Shown piece by piece: positions 1 to 11,208 of a stretch of 64,000 bases of DNA (positions are counted from its first letter, which is position 1; each line of letters starts with the position of its first letter). The notes beneath the pieces are model-generated. The model was not told the origin of the DNA. It saw nothing but the letters and a program-made list of their open reading frames with translations, and searched no databases. Both the position numbers and the translations under genes were made by a program. This stretch comes from a virus (taxonomy: Duplodnaviria; Heunggongvirae; Uroviricota; Caudoviricetes), in the IMG/VR virus record IMGVR_UViG_3300035502_000737; one strand, given 5' to 3'.

Positions 1-26
1 CGAATTTTTCAAGTTACTCGTTTGAG

Positions 27-1292
27 TTGGAGAATCCATTGTTCGATGAGAGTGTGTTGGAAAACATGCCTACGGTGGACAAGGAATTGTTTGGAGTGGA
101 GTATACTATATACAAACCGATTTCTAATATCAACATTCCATTGAGGATTGGAACCGTGTCTGCAAACAATTTGCATCAAGAGTTTGCTTGCGAGGAAGTG
201 TATTTCAGCCAAGAGCAAGACAAGGCGGTGAATAGGATTGTGGACATGGAGAAGGACGTGTATTACCCAGCCTACTACAAGTGGCCGTCCGACAATGACA
301 ATTCCGCCGACACTTTTGAAACCGTGGATGAGATTGTGTTTGACCTACACTTTAGGAGCAGAGATTTGAACACATGGAAAATCAATGAGGATGAGTATAT
401 GGGAAAAGACAAGGTGAAGAAGTGTGATTGGAATATCCTTGACTACTACACGTACAATGGGGATACCAAGAGCAATACGAACTTCTATCCAAAGATTTCA
501 TTTGACAACGGATATTACCTCCCTCCCGACTTGCTGTATTTCTTGAACTTCACGGATGATGACGTGTTCTATCAGAAAAGCAAGGTGGGAAAGTCGTTCT
601 TGAGGCTGTCATACTATGATTCCATGGACCCAAGGAACCAAAGCTTGCTCCATACGGCCACTGTGTTCTTGAATGAGGGGAATTTGTTCAAGACTTACAT
701 CGACAATATGAAGTACGAGGGGAACTACATCGGAGTGCAAGAGATTGAGGACTTGTCCAAGAGAGTGGTCAGCAAGAACATCAGCGTAGCCTATGACACT
801 TGTGACGGAGACACCACCGCATCCACTGTGACGGCAGAGGACGATTCAAGGTTGGCTTGCAAGTTCACCGTCAACAATATGTTCGAGGCAAGCGAGTCTT
901 CGGAAGGGTTCTACTTGTATATGTTCAGAGAATTCAGTACCGATTTGCGCCCTCAGACTATTTATCTGAAGGTGGAGTTTAACCACGCTGGAGTCGGACG
1001 TACCATCAATTTCATGCAACCCTTCAGCGGCAACAGTCTTCTTTCCGACGGAGAGATGCTTGACCTATCCACTTCCAAGGGACGAGAGCTTCTTTGCGAG
1101 GGAGTTCCAATGAGCGATTTGTTCTCTAGGATGTATATCCCTTTGCGTGTAAAGTACTGCCTCAAGGATAACAAGTATTACTATTACTTGCCGAAATCCC
1201 TCACCAAGAACAACGAGAACAAACATCAGATGAGGTTCAGCTTGTACGAGGTGAAAATAAAAGACGAATCTAACATTTTGGGGAATCTGTAA
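27..1292 (+). CDS. hypothetical protein (possible virion protein); frame open to window start so may be 5' truncated; TTG start in ORF track
   Basis: 421-aa ORF, stop overlaps next start (ATGA at 1289-1292), first of 4 co-directional large genes. Confidence 0.5.
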   Translation: MENPLFDESVLENMPTVDKELFGVEYTIYKPISNINIPLRIGTVSANNLHQEFACEEVYFSQEQDKAVNRIVDMEKDVYYPAYYKWPSDNDNSADTFETVDEIVFDLHFRSRDLNTWKINEDEYMGKDKVKKCDWNILDYYTYNGDTKSNTNFYPKISFDNGYYLPPDLLYFLNFTDDDVFYQKSKVGKSFLRLSYYDSMDPRNQSLLHTATVFLNEGNLFKTYIDNMKYEGNYIGVQEIEDLSKRVVSKNISVAYDTCDGDTTASTVTAEDDSRLACKFTVNNMFEASESSEGFYLYMFREFSTDLRPQTIYLKVEFNHAGVGRTINFMQPFSGNSLLSDGEMLDLSTSKGRELLCEGVPMSDLFSRMYIPLRVKYCLKDNKYYYYLPKSLTKNNENKHQMRFSLYEVKIKDESNILGNL

Positions 1293-3832
1293 TGAGACAC
1301 ATTCAAAAGAAACTGTATTTGGACGAGTTCAAGTCAAGGATGCCGAGCGTCATTGAGTCTTACTTTGTGAATGAGTTCGAAGTGAGCGGAAGCAACGTGG
1401 CCAATGAGTTCAGTGCTAGTTGCGCCACTTACAAGACAAGTTACGGACTTGTTCCAAAATCCATTTGTGATTGGACGTACGGGAAGTATGCAAACAAGCT
1501 CATCTCGTACCATACATTTGTCTCTTGGTATCATTTCCTAAAGTTCTATATTAGGCTGCTGCAACCATCCGACTGTGACTTTACTTTCACTTACGCAAAT
1601 GCGGTGGAATACTACGAAAAACATGATGATGGAAAATATTCCGATGATGAATGCCTTGACTTTGACGAGAAAGTGGATATAATATCCAATGGAGTTGGTG
1701 GAGAAACCTTGTTGGAGCAAGCTCAGAAATGCGTTTCCATCATGGATTCCACCTATTTTCCCATGTTTGAGATTCCGACAGAGTTTCAAGAATATTGGAA
1801 CTGCAAGAAACTCGCCATAACGGATGTGAAGAAGTGGATTGGTTGGTTTGAAGGGAATGGTGAGTTCAGCGGAAAAACTCTTGAGACTTGCAAGGATTCT
1901 GACAATTGCTGCCTTTGTTCGGAATATGTGCAAAGGGGTGGCACGACGATACTTGCCAAGATGAAGGAGTTCTTGAACGGAATCAAGTATGTTGGAGGAT
2001 GTGACGCATACGCTGAAATAAAAGTGTTGCTCACCAATAGAATCGACGACCTTGGCGAGGAATCCGTATTCGCGGAGGAATGGGAAGGAGGAATCGACTA
2101 CAGTGTGACGAATTATGAGAATTCGCATATCACTTCACACAGTCCAATCATTTCATATAATGACAATGATTACATGCTGAAGAGTGGGAAGGGATTCTCA
2201 TTTGATTCCACCTTCAAGGAGTACACCTTCTCTGACAGCGGATATACGAGGTATATCGATGTATTGTTCAATAAGGACAATCAGTCATTCTACCCTCAAA
2301 CTGACAATGGGACGGAAGTGCTTACATATGCGGCCAATTCTGAAGGGAAGATTGTCTTCAACCCTACCAATGACAAGATGGCCGAGAAGTACGACATCAT
2401 TACCAACGGGAATAACGGATTCTTATATGCGGACGGTACTTGCTATGAGGTTGAGGTTCATGACATCATCAAGGTAAACAATGCTCCGTATATCGTATAT
2501 GAGGATGAATCTTCCAACTACTATGCGTTTGTCAATGGGAACAAATATTATAGTTCGTTGAGCAATAAGGGAACAGATGTCATCAAGATTGGTTCTACTT
2601 CCTATAACATACTTCCTTCCAAGAGTGTTTGCAATGTAAAGGGAAAAATTGTAATGGCGGATGGGCTGATTGTCAAGTCGTATGCGGAAGTTGGCAATGA
2701 GATTATACTGTTGAGCGGTGATACCATCGTGCAAGAGAACAACGGAACGTTGATAGCAAATGACACCATATTGGGAAAGAAATTGGAATCCGATTCTTCC
2801 ACTATCATCTCAGAATGTTATAAGGTGAAGGATAACATACTTTATAGTTATTATCCATTTACCATATACAACGCGAAGAGAGTGAGCGGATATACAGAAT
2901 CAAAGCTGTCTTCCTTCTTGTCTACGGTGGATGAGGCATACGACGATATGGGAAATAAGCTGAATGGGCTGTACAAGCTACAGTCCGACGGGACAATTGA
3001 GGAGCCAAAGGCAAATGGTTGGTTAGAGATGTTTTACAAGCCCGATTTGGCTGTGAGACTCAGTGAGGAGGAAGAGGGTGACAATTATGCCACATATTGG
3101 TGTGATTACCTTTCCGACATGACCGTTTATTACTTGGATTCCAATGGTAACAAGCACTGCGAGAAGCATCTTCCCACGAGTGGCGCTTTGGATACGATTT
3201 CTGAGTGCAAGGAAGAATTCTTGAAAGAATCTTCCGACGAGACATTCGCCAATACATACGGAACCGTTGTAGGATTGATGTGTGACATTACCTATCACAT
3301 GGGATGCGTTGTGAGAAGGGATTTTACCGTATCCAATGACAAGTATACATACAGCACCTATAATAGGAATGGGATTGACGGATTCGGATACAGCATTGTG
3401 AATAGCGGAGTCACCTATGTGGACACCGTTCAGCTTACAGAGGCGCAATGCCCTTATTATACGAATGATACCGATTTCTTTATGCTGAACTATTATGAGA
3501 TGACATGGGATGAGAACTATTACTATAACGAGGATTACAATTATGCCTCAAGTGTGAACAAGTCTTGGTTCAGCTATGACATCTACGATATCGGTTCAGA
3601 CTTGAGCGAATCGGACGGCTCGAAGAGGGCGTACAACGGATTCGTCGCATTCCCGACCATTAGGGAGGAATATAGGCTTGGCTCTTCCTCCAAGGAAAAC
3701 ATAGACCAAGATATTTATATAAGCCGAGGCACTGCAAGGTCTTTCGACAGCCACTTGAAACTGTTGGAGGTGAATTCAATGGAAGCGTTGGAGCAGTACG
3801 GAAACGGCTATTTCAACATAATAGAAAACTAA
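1292..3832 (+). CDS. large hypothetical protein (846 aa), Y/N/D/S/T-rich, structural/tail-fibre-like
   Basis: long ORF, translationally coupled to upstream gene; no recognisable catalytic motifs. Confidence 0.5.
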   Translation: MRHIQKKLYLDEFKSRMPSVIESYFVNEFEVSGSNVANEFSASCATYKTSYGLVPKSICDWTYGKYANKLISYHTFVSWYHFLKFYIRLLQPSDCDFTFTYANAVEYYEKHDDGKYSDDECLDFDEKVDIISNGVGGETLLEQAQKCVSIMDSTYFPMFEIPTEFQEYWNCKKLAITDVKKWIGWFEGNGEFSGKTLETCKDSDNCCLCSEYVQRGGTTILAKMKEFLNGIKYVGGCDAYAEIKVLLTNRIDDLGEESVFAEEWEGGIDYSVTNYENSHITSHSPIISYNDNDYMLKSGKGFSFDSTFKEYTFSDSGYTRYIDVLFNKDNQSFYPQTDNGTEVLTYAANSEGKIVFNPTNDKMAEKYDIITNGNNGFLYADGTCYEVEVHDIIKVNNAPYIVYEDESSNYYAFVNGNKYYSSLSNKGTDVIKIGSTSYNILPSKSVCNVKGKIVMADGLIVKSYAEVGNEIILLSGDTIVQENNGTLIANDTILGKKLESDSSTIISECYKVKDNILYSYYPFTIYNAKRVSGYTESKLSSFLSTVDEAYDDMGNKLNGLYKLQSDGTIEEPKANGWLEMFYKPDLAVRLSEEEEGDNYATYWCDYLSDMTVYYLDSNGNKHCEKHLPTSGALDTISECKEEFLKESSDETFANTYGTVVGLMCDITYHMGCVVRRDFTVSNDKYTYSTYNRNGIDGFGYSIVNSGVTYVDTVQLTEAQCPYYTNDTDFFMLNYYEMTWDENYYYNEDYNYASSVNKSWFSYDIYDIGSDLSESDGSKRAYNGFVAFPTIREEYRLGSSSKENIDQDIYISRGTARSFDSHLKLLEVNSMEALEQYGNGYFNIIEN

Positions 3833-3842
3833 AGGAAAAGAG

Positions 3843-4766
3843 ATGTCAGCAAACGGAGTATACGGAACGAGTGTGGGAGCCACTCTCACGCCATCGAGCG
3901 ATGTGGAGGTTTACTACTCATACAGTCCGACGAGGAATTCGGATGACGTGAACAATGCCAAGTTCACTAAGATTGAGTCTTCCCTTCTCACGCAAGCCTA
4001 CATTGACGAGGACAGTGTGGATGAGAAATATGACAACGTGCTTGAGGGATTGTACAACCTCAAGCTTCCCTTGTCATACTTTAACCAAAAGGGATATTAC
4101 ACAGTTTATCTTAAGCCGAAGGAGTATATGGCGGTTCTGTCCGATGTGGGCGTTCTTTCCTCTTATCCAGACGTGAAGGGAATCGTGATTGACGCCGAGA
4201 GCACGGTGCTTGACAGTTCCATCGCAAAACTGCTGAAGGAGAACAATGCATTGGTGGGATACCGAATCATATACTATGACGAGAATTACAAGAGACAGCC
4301 GTACTATCGCATTGTGACGAGCAACAACAAATGCGAACCCGTGATTCAGAACTTGACGGACGTGAACCAAAAGGCGGTGAGGTACAGATACAATGAGAAC
4401 TCTTCCCTTGTGTTCTTGACTCTGTCTCCTTCAGTGGCAACCACTTACAAACCGAACGCGACACCTTATATCGGAGTTTCCATGCAGAAGGTTGGAATCG
4501 TGAATACCAAGTTCGAACCGACACTGATTGAAATCGAGATGGTTGACCATGACATCGAATCAATCAGCACGATGCTTGAGGGTTCTCAACTGAGGGATTT
4601 GGAGAACGGTTTGGTCACTACCTTCAACGGGGATAACGAGATTTACGCCCAACACGAGCACTATACGCTTAAGGATGAGTACAGTGGGAACCCCATCTAC
4701 GAGGTAAAGAAAAACAAGGAAGATTCAATCGACTTTACGCAGACGATTGAGGATAAGTTAGATTAG
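3843..4766 (+). CDS. hypothetical protein (307 aa)
   Basis: ORF in same co-directional block. Confidence 0.5.
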   Translation: MSANGVYGTSVGATLTPSSDVEVYYSYSPTRNSDDVNNAKFTKIESSLLTQAYIDEDSVDEKYDNVLEGLYNLKLPLSYFNQKGYYTVYLKPKEYMAVLSDVGVLSSYPDVKGIVIDAESTVLDSSIAKLLKENNALVGYRIIYYDENYKRQPYYRIVTSNNKCEPVIQNLTDVNQKAVRYRYNENSSLVFLTLSPSVATTYKPNATPYIGVSMQKVGIVNTKFEPTLIEIEMVDHDIESISTMLEGSQLRDLENGLVTTFNGDNEIYAQHEHYTLKDEYSGNPIYEVKKNKEDSIDFTQTIEDKLD

Positions 4767-4774
4767 GGCAGAAA

Positions 4775-7700
4775 ATGGCATACATCAAGTCATACAGTAA
4801 TTATACGCTGAAGAAAAAGCATCAGCTCACGAGTGGTGGTACGGTCTACGAAAGGGACTTTACCACCATCGGTGGCTTGAACCAATTCTCAAAGGATATG
4901 GTTCCCATCTATCGGAGTGGGAACTATATCATATCCGTGAGGAAAGGTACGGAAGGGACGAACAGTTACACAAGCTACGGATGGGAGAAAAACGGAGACA
5001 GCGAGGTGTGGACATTGGATTCTCTGAGCGGAGTTACGAACGAGACGGAGGATACAATGAAGATTGTGCTGAAGCAAGACTACTATAATTTGAGGGACTT
5101 CGCATACTACGGGTCATGTACGGAACTGATTAGGGCTTCGCTGACGGACATCATTACGAGATTTCCTGGGGAGCTGTACATTACCGACAAGACCTTTTAT
5201 GCTACCGACGACGATGTTACATCCGCCTTCAATGGTAAGTACGTAGACAATCCATTCAGCATTAATATCCATACCGAGCGCTTGTCAAACCGTGAGATTG
5301 ACGACCCTTTGCGCTATTTCTGCAATGAAGGATACAAGAATTTCCAACTTGTTTCTAGTGGAGGGACTGTCAGTGACGTAACATCTTGGAGCGTTACGAA
5401 GAAGGGGGACAATGATTGCCCTCTTATCGCAGTGGTAAAAATCAACAGCATTGAAATCAACGTATACAAGAGCAAGGGGAACGTAATCTATACCGCAGCG
5501 AATGATTCATCGGTAGGATACCATATACGTCCAAAGAACTCGTTTTACTTGGATTTCTTCGATACATTGGATTCCTTTGAGAGGGTTTTGCTGAACAAGG
5601 ATACCACTCCAAAGTACAGTGCAACCTTCGAGGTATTGAAGGAGAATGATTTCGGCTATTTCACAGAGATGAAAAAATTCATCTTTCCCACCACTTATGG
5701 GGGATATAATTTGGCAGTAAACGATTCATCCTATTCGTCATATCTTGATTCGTTGGTGACGATATCCGAGTTCTATGACGAGTATTTCTGCGATAACCTA
5801 TACCGCTCCATGACCCATGAGGCCATCAAAAACTTCGATTGGAGTTACAAGAAGGAATATCAAGACGGAGACTCGGATGATTATGTGGAGGGAGGACAGA
5901 AGATTCAGAAGGTGATAAGACTGTTCGGTAGGGAGTTTGACGAAATCAAGTACTACATTGACGGAATCGCCAATTCCAACACGCTGTCATACGGAGAGGG
6001 TAGCAATATGCCCGACTATTTCTTGACGGACAGCAATGAGAACATCGGATGGGACTTGGTGAATGTGTACCCGTACAGCGGAAACGAGAAATCGTTCTTC
6101 ATTGACACCGTGTCCAAGGTGTCTCCATACTCGTACTCTTCCAATAAGGACAGCCTTTACCAATACGGATACTATGTCAATTCATCTTGCGAGAAAGGAT
6201 TCGTGGGATATAGCGCATGCACCTCGTCGAGCATGAACATAGTTTATCTCAACGGAGCGCTGAGGCAGAGAATTCATTCCTACATGAGTGACAAGGAATA
6301 TTCCATGAACGAGGTGAACAACCAATTCTTGAAGATGTTGAGACTGAATTCTTATGCAATCTTCTCCCACAAGGGAACCGTGGAAGGGATGGAGATGCTG
6401 CTTGGCTTGTTCGGTTTGAAAAGCAAGAGATGGGTTGACTTGATGAAAAGCAGCGGAAACACAAGAACGTACAAGAAGGAATTGAGTAACGGAACAACCT
6501 CCTATTCAGAGAATACAATACTCTATGACTATGAGATTAAGGAGTATGTGGAGTCTGTGGAAAGCTATATCGACGATTCGAGCGAGAAACTTGACAAAAT
6601 CAATCAGACTAAAACAATAGCTTATGACACAGACGATTACAGAAACTGTATCTATGAGAAGTATAGAGGACTTCCCGTAAGACAGTTCAACGGAAAGCTC
6701 TTCCCCTATTATTCCACTGAAAAAATCATTGACGGAAACCCTTGGTATCAGATGTACGGAGGATGGATGTGGAAAAACATCCAATTCAACAAGAATGACG
6801 AGAAGGTAACAAGCGCATATACGGAGACCGTCAAGGAGATTCCTTCCGTAAGGAATGTGAAGGAATTGATTGAAATCCCTTATAATAGACTGTATGACAA
6901 TGTAATATATGAGGTTCAGAATACGAAGGAGAAACTCATCATTGTAGACGGTAGAGTTTATGAGCTGCACCAAGAATATATCAACGGAGCCACGTATGAC
7001 TATTTTTCGTGCACGGTGAACAATAACGGAGTGAGGATTGGGGGGAACACCTTCATAGACGATGTATATGTATCCGACCCTTGCGGAGACGAAAACAGCG
7101 AGATGTTCCACGACTTGTCTGATTATGAAAACGGTAGTGAGATAAGGGTATACATTCTCAAGGATGCGAGCGGAAGCCAATTCGTGTCGGCTAGAAGTTC
7201 CTTTACGGACGAGAGTTTGAAAAAGCTGAATGCTGTCATTCTCCCCATTGCAAGTGAAAGCGGAGAGACGTATACGGACTATTATATATTGACGAAGAAG
7301 GAGTACAAGAACAATTACGTGACTCCATCCAATTCGATTACTGAAGGTTGGAAAAGGTTGCAGACAAGCGATTCCGAGTATAAGAGGCTTTCTTCCGTGG
7401 AGAACTACTTCAAGGGTAACAACCCTCACAACGGGGCGTCCAAGTATGATTTCGGAGCGGAATACTTGAACTACTTCAAGAACATCTTCAAGTACGCTTG
7501 CGAGAACAAGCTGTTCGACGAAAGGAAATACACCGACAACCCCATCGATACTATCGTGGAGGAAGCCACAACGGGATTCACCTTTAACGGTGAGGAAGCT
7601 TCTTCCAAGGTCAAGTTCTATGGAGTGGTTGAGAACAAGGACGGAACGGTAACGGACATGAACACAGACTATATCTCAGAAAGGACGGTGAACATCAAGA

Positions 7701-7825
7701 GGATGGACATCACTTTCTATGTAGGAACGTCCGATTCTGTGGTCAAGTTCTTTGATGCGGTGGTATTGAAATACCTTGGACAGATGATACCTTCCAATAC
7801 CATTGTAAAAGTAATATATCAGTGA
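4775..7825 (+). CDS. large hypothetical protein (1016 aa), structural-like
   Basis: long uninterrupted ORF followed by hairpin terminator. Confidence 0.55.
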   Translation: MAYIKSYSNYTLKKKHQLTSGGTVYERDFTTIGGLNQFSKDMVPIYRSGNYIISVRKGTEGTNSYTSYGWEKNGDSEVWTLDSLSGVTNETEDTMKIVLKQDYYNLRDFAYYGSCTELIRASLTDIITRFPGELYITDKTFYATDDDVTSAFNGKYVDNPFSINIHTERLSNREIDDPLRYFCNEGYKNFQLVSSGGTVSDVTSWSVTKKGDNDCPLIAVVKINSIEINVYKSKGNVIYTAANDSSVGYHIRPKNSFYLDFFDTLDSFERVLLNKDTTPKYSATFEVLKENDFGYFTEMKKFIFPTTYGGYNLAVNDSSYSSYLDSLVTISEFYDEYFCDNLYRSMTHEAIKNFDWSYKKEYQDGDSDDYVEGGQKIQKVIRLFGREFDEIKYYIDGIANSNTLSYGEGSNMPDYFLTDSNENIGWDLVNVYPYSGNEKSFFIDTVSKVSPYSYSSNKDSLYQYGYYVNSSCEKGFVGYSACTSSSMNIVYLNGALRQRIHSYMSDKEYSMNEVNNQFLKMLRLNSYAIFSHKGTVEGMEMLLGLFGLKSKRWVDLMKSSGNTRTYKKELSNGTTSYSENTILYDYEIKEYVESVESYIDDSSEKLDKINQTKTIAYDTDDYRNCIYEKYRGLPVRQFNGKLFPYYSTEKIIDGNPWYQMYGGWMWKNIQFNKNDEKVTSAYTETVKEIPSVRNVKELIEIPYNRLYDNVIYEVQNTKEKLIIVDGRVYELHQEYINGATYDYFSCTVNNNGVRIGGNTFIDDVYVSDPCGDENSEMFHDLSDYENGSEIRVYILKDASGSQFVSARSSFTDESLKKLNAVILPIASESGETYTDYYILTKKEYKNNYVTPSNSITEGWKRLQTSDSEYKRLSSVENYFKGNNPHNGASKYDFGAEYLNYFKNIFKYACENKLFDERKYTDNPIDTIVEEATTGFTFNGEEASSKVKFYGVVENKDGTVTDMNTDYISERTVNIKRMDITFYVGTSDSVVKFFDAVVLKYLGQMIPSNTIVKVIYQ

Positions 7826-7836
7826 CAAAAAAGATA

Positions 7837-7870
7837 AGCTCGGCTGCTTTCACAAGTGGCCGAGCTTTGT
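7837..7870. terminator. stem-loop (agctcggc...gccgagct) + T-run between convergent genes
   Basis: 8-bp perfect inverted repeat 7837-7844/7859-7866 followed by tttgtt. Confidence 0.6.
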
Positions 7871-7897
7871 TAAATCTAAAAATTAATATTATGACCT

Positions 7898-8722
7898 TTA
7901 GTAATTCCTTATAATCTCTTTATCGTTGTCGATATCCGCAATGTCGTTTATTTCCACGTCATACAATCCGTATTCCGTTTCCAAGTCCACGAACTTGTGC
8001 TTCATCGTCTCAATGTTCCAAACGGAAAATCCATGTTGAGTGGTCGTTTCCCCGTATGTTTGTTGAATCAACGAGCCGCAGTATACGATTGGAACCCCTC
8101 CTCTTTTCAGTTCTTGACGCTTATGGATGTGTCCGCACATAACGCAGTCGCACCCTCCGAAAATGTCGCCGTCTACGCCGTTGTCCACAATCTGACCGTT
8201 GTCAAGAGCTGCGCCAACAATCATTCCGTGGTATAACCCGATTATCTTCGATTGGGGGTGATTCAACTTTGCCGTGGCAATATCGGGCTTCATGTAATCG
8301 TCGTAGATGGAATACACGGCCCATACAATATTGTCGTCCTCCACGCAACCGCTTCGGTAATCCAATTCCTTGTCAAGGAGGAAGGAGTTTTGGAACTGAG
8401 CGGTGTCGAAGATACTGCTGATGGCGTCCTTGCGAGATTGGTTGTTTTCGAGGAGGTCATGATTTCCAGCAATCAAGATGACCTTTGCAATCTCTTCCAA
8501 CTGTCTTATGAAGGCGGATACCAAAGTGATGAGTTCGGGACTGATGTTGTTCTTCTGATGAAGGATATCACCCACAATCACGATTCTCACCTCATCCTTC
8601 TCGTAAGGTTCGGAAAGTTCGATGCATTTCTCGATGAACTTTGTCAATTGCTCTCCGAACTCCTCTTGTCGGACAAAGTTGCGGATATGGATGTCTCCGC
8701 AAGTTATCACTAATTTTACCAT
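7898..8722 (-). CDS. SbcD/Mre11-like calcineurin-type metallophosphoesterase nuclease
   Basis: motifs GDIH (N-term), GDILH, GNHD in order typical of Mre11/SbcD phosphoesterases. Confidence 0.65.
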   Translation of the reverse strand: MVKLVITCGDIHIRNFVRQEEFGEQLTKFIEKCIELSEPYEKDEVRIVIVGDILHQKNNISPELITLVSAFIRQLEEIAKVILIAGNHDLLENNQSRKDAISSIFDTAQFQNSFLLDKELDYRSGCVEDDNIVWAVYSIYDDYMKPDIATAKLNHPQSKIIGLYHGMIVGAALDNGQIVDNGVDGDIFGGCDCVMCGHIHKRQELKRGGVPIVYCGSLIQQTYGETTTQHGFSVWNIETMKHKFVDLETEYGLYDVEINDIADIDNDKEIIRNY

Positions 8723-8737
8723 TTTGTCATTCTTTTC

Positions 8738-8752
8738 GCAAAGATATGAAAA
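8738..8752 (-). promoter_or_regulatory. Bacteroidetes-type -7 promoter element (rc of ttcatatctttgc)
   Basis: gcaaagatatgaa on + strand 16 nt upstream of minus-strand start at 8722. Confidence 0.45.
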
Positions 8753-8891
8753 GAATTTGGAATAAACAAATGGATTAGGTTAAATTTTCTAAATTCGTTA
8801 AAATTGCTTATTATTCATGATGTTGTATATGCTTTATGATTAAATATCAACGTATAGGCTATTTTAAGACGGTTTAAGCCACTTTCTCCTT

Positions 8892-9911
8892 TCAGATGAG
8901 TAACACTTCATCTATCTGTTGAGAGTTGCTTAAAAAGGCTGAAATTCCTTTCTTCCCGTAAAGCTCAAATATCTTGGAAGGGTCAAGGTCTCCGTCGGAC
9001 GGAATGTACCGAATCTTGTTGTACAGTCTGTCGTGGTTGAGGAGCGAGTATATCTTCTTGATGTCCTCGAAAGCGTCCGCGTCAAGGAAGATGTTGATAT
9101 TGGCATTGGCTTTCTTAATCAATGTTTGGTACAGCTTGAAGTCTGTCTTCAGCACCTTACCGAGCAAAGGGATGGAATTGGGGACCACGATATGGTCAAA
9201 CGGGCCTTCCACCAATGTGATGTCAGCGTCCCAATCAATCATGTCCTCGTTGAATATGATGTCCTTCCTCTCCACAATGGGGTTGTAGTACTTCTGCCTT
9301 CCTTTCAATGCCGTGAAGTCCCTACCCGTCCAATAGTTCAATTCTCCGTACTTATTATAGGATGGAATCACGATGCGTGATGAAAGTTGCTTGTGCTGTT
9401 CGTTGTAGACTGTGAACCCAATCTTGTATCTCTCTATGATGTCCCAAGTGATTCCTCGGTGCGCCAAGTAATATAAGGCTTTTCTTGAGTTGAACCCGAA
9501 ATGCTCGAATTGGATGAAGTTGGGAGGCAGTTCCACTTCCTTCTTTTCCACTGCATTCGCCTCGATGTCGAAATCACCCCTCTTGAAGTAAAGGTTGTAC
9601 AGTCGGCTCTGCTTAAAGGAACGTACCGTCTCCTTGTATTCCTTCAATACGGAGTCGTTTCCGAATATCTTGATGAGCTTGACAATGGAACCGTGCATGT
9701 CATCATTGTATTGGGCACAAGACCAACATTGGAAGACACCTTTCTGAAGGTTGACCTCCAAGTTGAACTTTCTCCTTTCGCCCTCTCCTTTTGTCTCCAC
9801 GCACATGGGGCACGGGAACTGCAATTGGAAGGAATCATCCAACTCCCTCTTGCTCTCCCCTAGGAAGGAAACCAACAAGTCCTTTAACTTATGAATTTCT
9901 GACGGAACCAC
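8892..9911 (-). CDS. DNA primase (zinc-ribbon + TOPRIM, DnaG-like)
   Basis: CPMC...CWSC zinc ribbon near N-term; LVEGPFD TOPRIM-like motif; RGITWDIIERYKIGF primase-like segment. Confidence 0.6.
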   Translation of the reverse strand: MVPSEIHKLKDLLVSFLGESKRELDDSFQLQFPCPMCVETKGEGERRKFNLEVNLQKGVFQCWSCAQYNDDMHGSIVKLIKIFGNDSVLKEYKETVRSFKQSRLYNLYFKRGDFDIEANAVEKKEVELPPNFIQFEHFGFNSRKALYYLAHRGITWDIIERYKIGFTVYNEQHKQLSSRIVIPSYNKYGELNYWTGRDFTALKGRQKYYNPIVERKDIIFNEDMIDWDADITLVEGPFDHIVVPNSIPLLGKVLKTDFKLYQTLIKKANANINIFLDADAFEDIKKIYSLLNHDRLYNKIRYIPSDGDLDPSKIFELYGKKGISAFLSNSQQIDEVLLI

Positions 9912-9961
9912 TGCCTTTTACTTTCTTATTCTTTTTTTTGAATTCTTGCAAAAAATATATT

Positions 9962-9976
9962 GCAAAGATATGAAAA
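9962..9976 (-). promoter_or_regulatory. Bacteroidetes-type -7 promoter element for primase gene
   Basis: gcaaagatatgaaaa on + strand (rc = ttttcatatctttgc) upstream of 9911. Confidence 0.45.
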
Positions 9977-10188
9977 TTCAAGTAAAGAAACAAGTTTTTC
10001 AAGATATTTATTAGAAAATCAAATTTCAAATGGCTGAGATTACTGACACAGACATACTGAACAAGTTCATCGAGGAAACGCAAACCGACTACCAATGGAA
10101 CGGTGCATATACCGATTACAACGGCTTGGATGTTCAGAACTTGAAGAGCCCATTGGAACTCATGTCAAAATAACAAAGTGAACTATAT

Positions 10189-10767
10189 ATGAAAAAGCAA
10201 ATCATAAAGCTGACCGAGCAAGACATCCACAACATCATTGTGGAGACGGCTCAAAGGATGTTGAACGAACTTGATTGGAAGACATACCACAACGCCTATA
10301 TGAAGGACAAGAACCCTAGGAGGTTCAACAAGTTTGGATATGCGGCCAATGACGCATTCAACCGTGATTACGGGTATTCCGACGGAGAGGGATACCAATA
10401 TACAAGGATGAATCACGCTGCCACGAATTCCGATTTCGGAAAATACGGTCATCTTACATCTGCAGATAATGGAGAAAGAACTTCGAATACTTTTGCAACG
10501 AGAGTTGGTGATAACCCAGACGGAGACACGAGATTCAATCAGAGAGGAAGCGGAGGAGACAGTGATTCATACGTTAACAGACCTTTTTCCCGTGATAATA
10601 AGTTCGCAAGGAAGCTCGCAAAGGCGCACGGAGAGGTAGATGATTTCAACAAGGGTAACTATGAGTACCAAAAAGGGCAAGGTTGGGTGAATAAAAACCA
10701 AGACGGCCACGATTGGCATAATTATCTTGACTACAATAACACAGTCAATAAAAGAAAGAATCTTTAG
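10189..10767 (+). CDS. hypothetical basic protein; member of small paralogous family (with 10787 and 17914 ORFs)
   Basis: N-terminal L-T-E...I-E-S/T helix shared with 10787 and 17914 products. Confidence 0.45.
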   Translation: MKKQIIKLTEQDIHNIIVETAQRMLNELDWKTYHNAYMKDKNPRRFNKFGYAANDAFNRDYGYSDGEGYQYTRMNHAATNSDFGKYGHLTSADNGERTSNTFATRVGDNPDGDTRFNQRGSGGDSDSYVNRPFSRDNKFARKLAKAHGEVDDFNKGNYEYQKGQGWVNKNQDGHDWHNYLDYNNTVNKRKNL

Positions 10768-10786
10768 TTAAAAAATATATCAAAAT

Positions 10787-11149
10787 ATGAGATACAGACT
10801 TACAGAAGCCGAATTTCATAAGTTTATCGAGGAGTCCGTAAAGGCGGCGCTTGATGAGATTTCAATGAACACCGTTGATAGCGCAATCGAGCAATCATAT
10901 AGAAAGATGCAAAACGCAAATTCTGATGCGGCTCGCGCTCAAGCCAACAAGCAGCATGACAGTCTTACGAAAGAAAGGTCAAGAAGGATGGGATATAACC
11001 CGTATGACAAGCAAGAGGCGAGCAAGGATTCCAACATCGCAAAGCAAGCTCGTTGGGTGAAAAACAACAATGACCGTAGAAGCGGTGAGCTTCGTTATGA
11101 GAAGGGCAAAGGTTGGAAGCATGGCAATCGGCCATTTTCTGAATCATAA
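10787..11149 (+). CDS. hypothetical protein, paralog of upstream gene
   Basis: similar N-terminus (RLTEAEFHKFIEESVKAALDEI). Confidence 0.4.
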   Translation: MRYRLTEAEFHKFIEESVKAALDEISMNTVDSAIEQSYRKMQNANSDAARAQANKQHDSLTKERSRRMGYNPYDKQEASKDSNIAKQARWVKNNNDRRSGELRYEKGKGWKHGNRPFSES

Positions 11150-11162
11150 ATTGGAAGCATAA

Positions 11163-11205
11163 AAAAAGGGGAGGCGGATTTCAAGTTCGCTTCCCCTTTT
11201 TCTGT
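11163..11205. terminator. rho-independent terminator (aggggaggcg...cgcttcccct + T-run)
   Basis: 10-bp inverted repeat followed by ttttctgtctttt. Confidence 0.65.
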
Positions 11206-11208
11206 CTT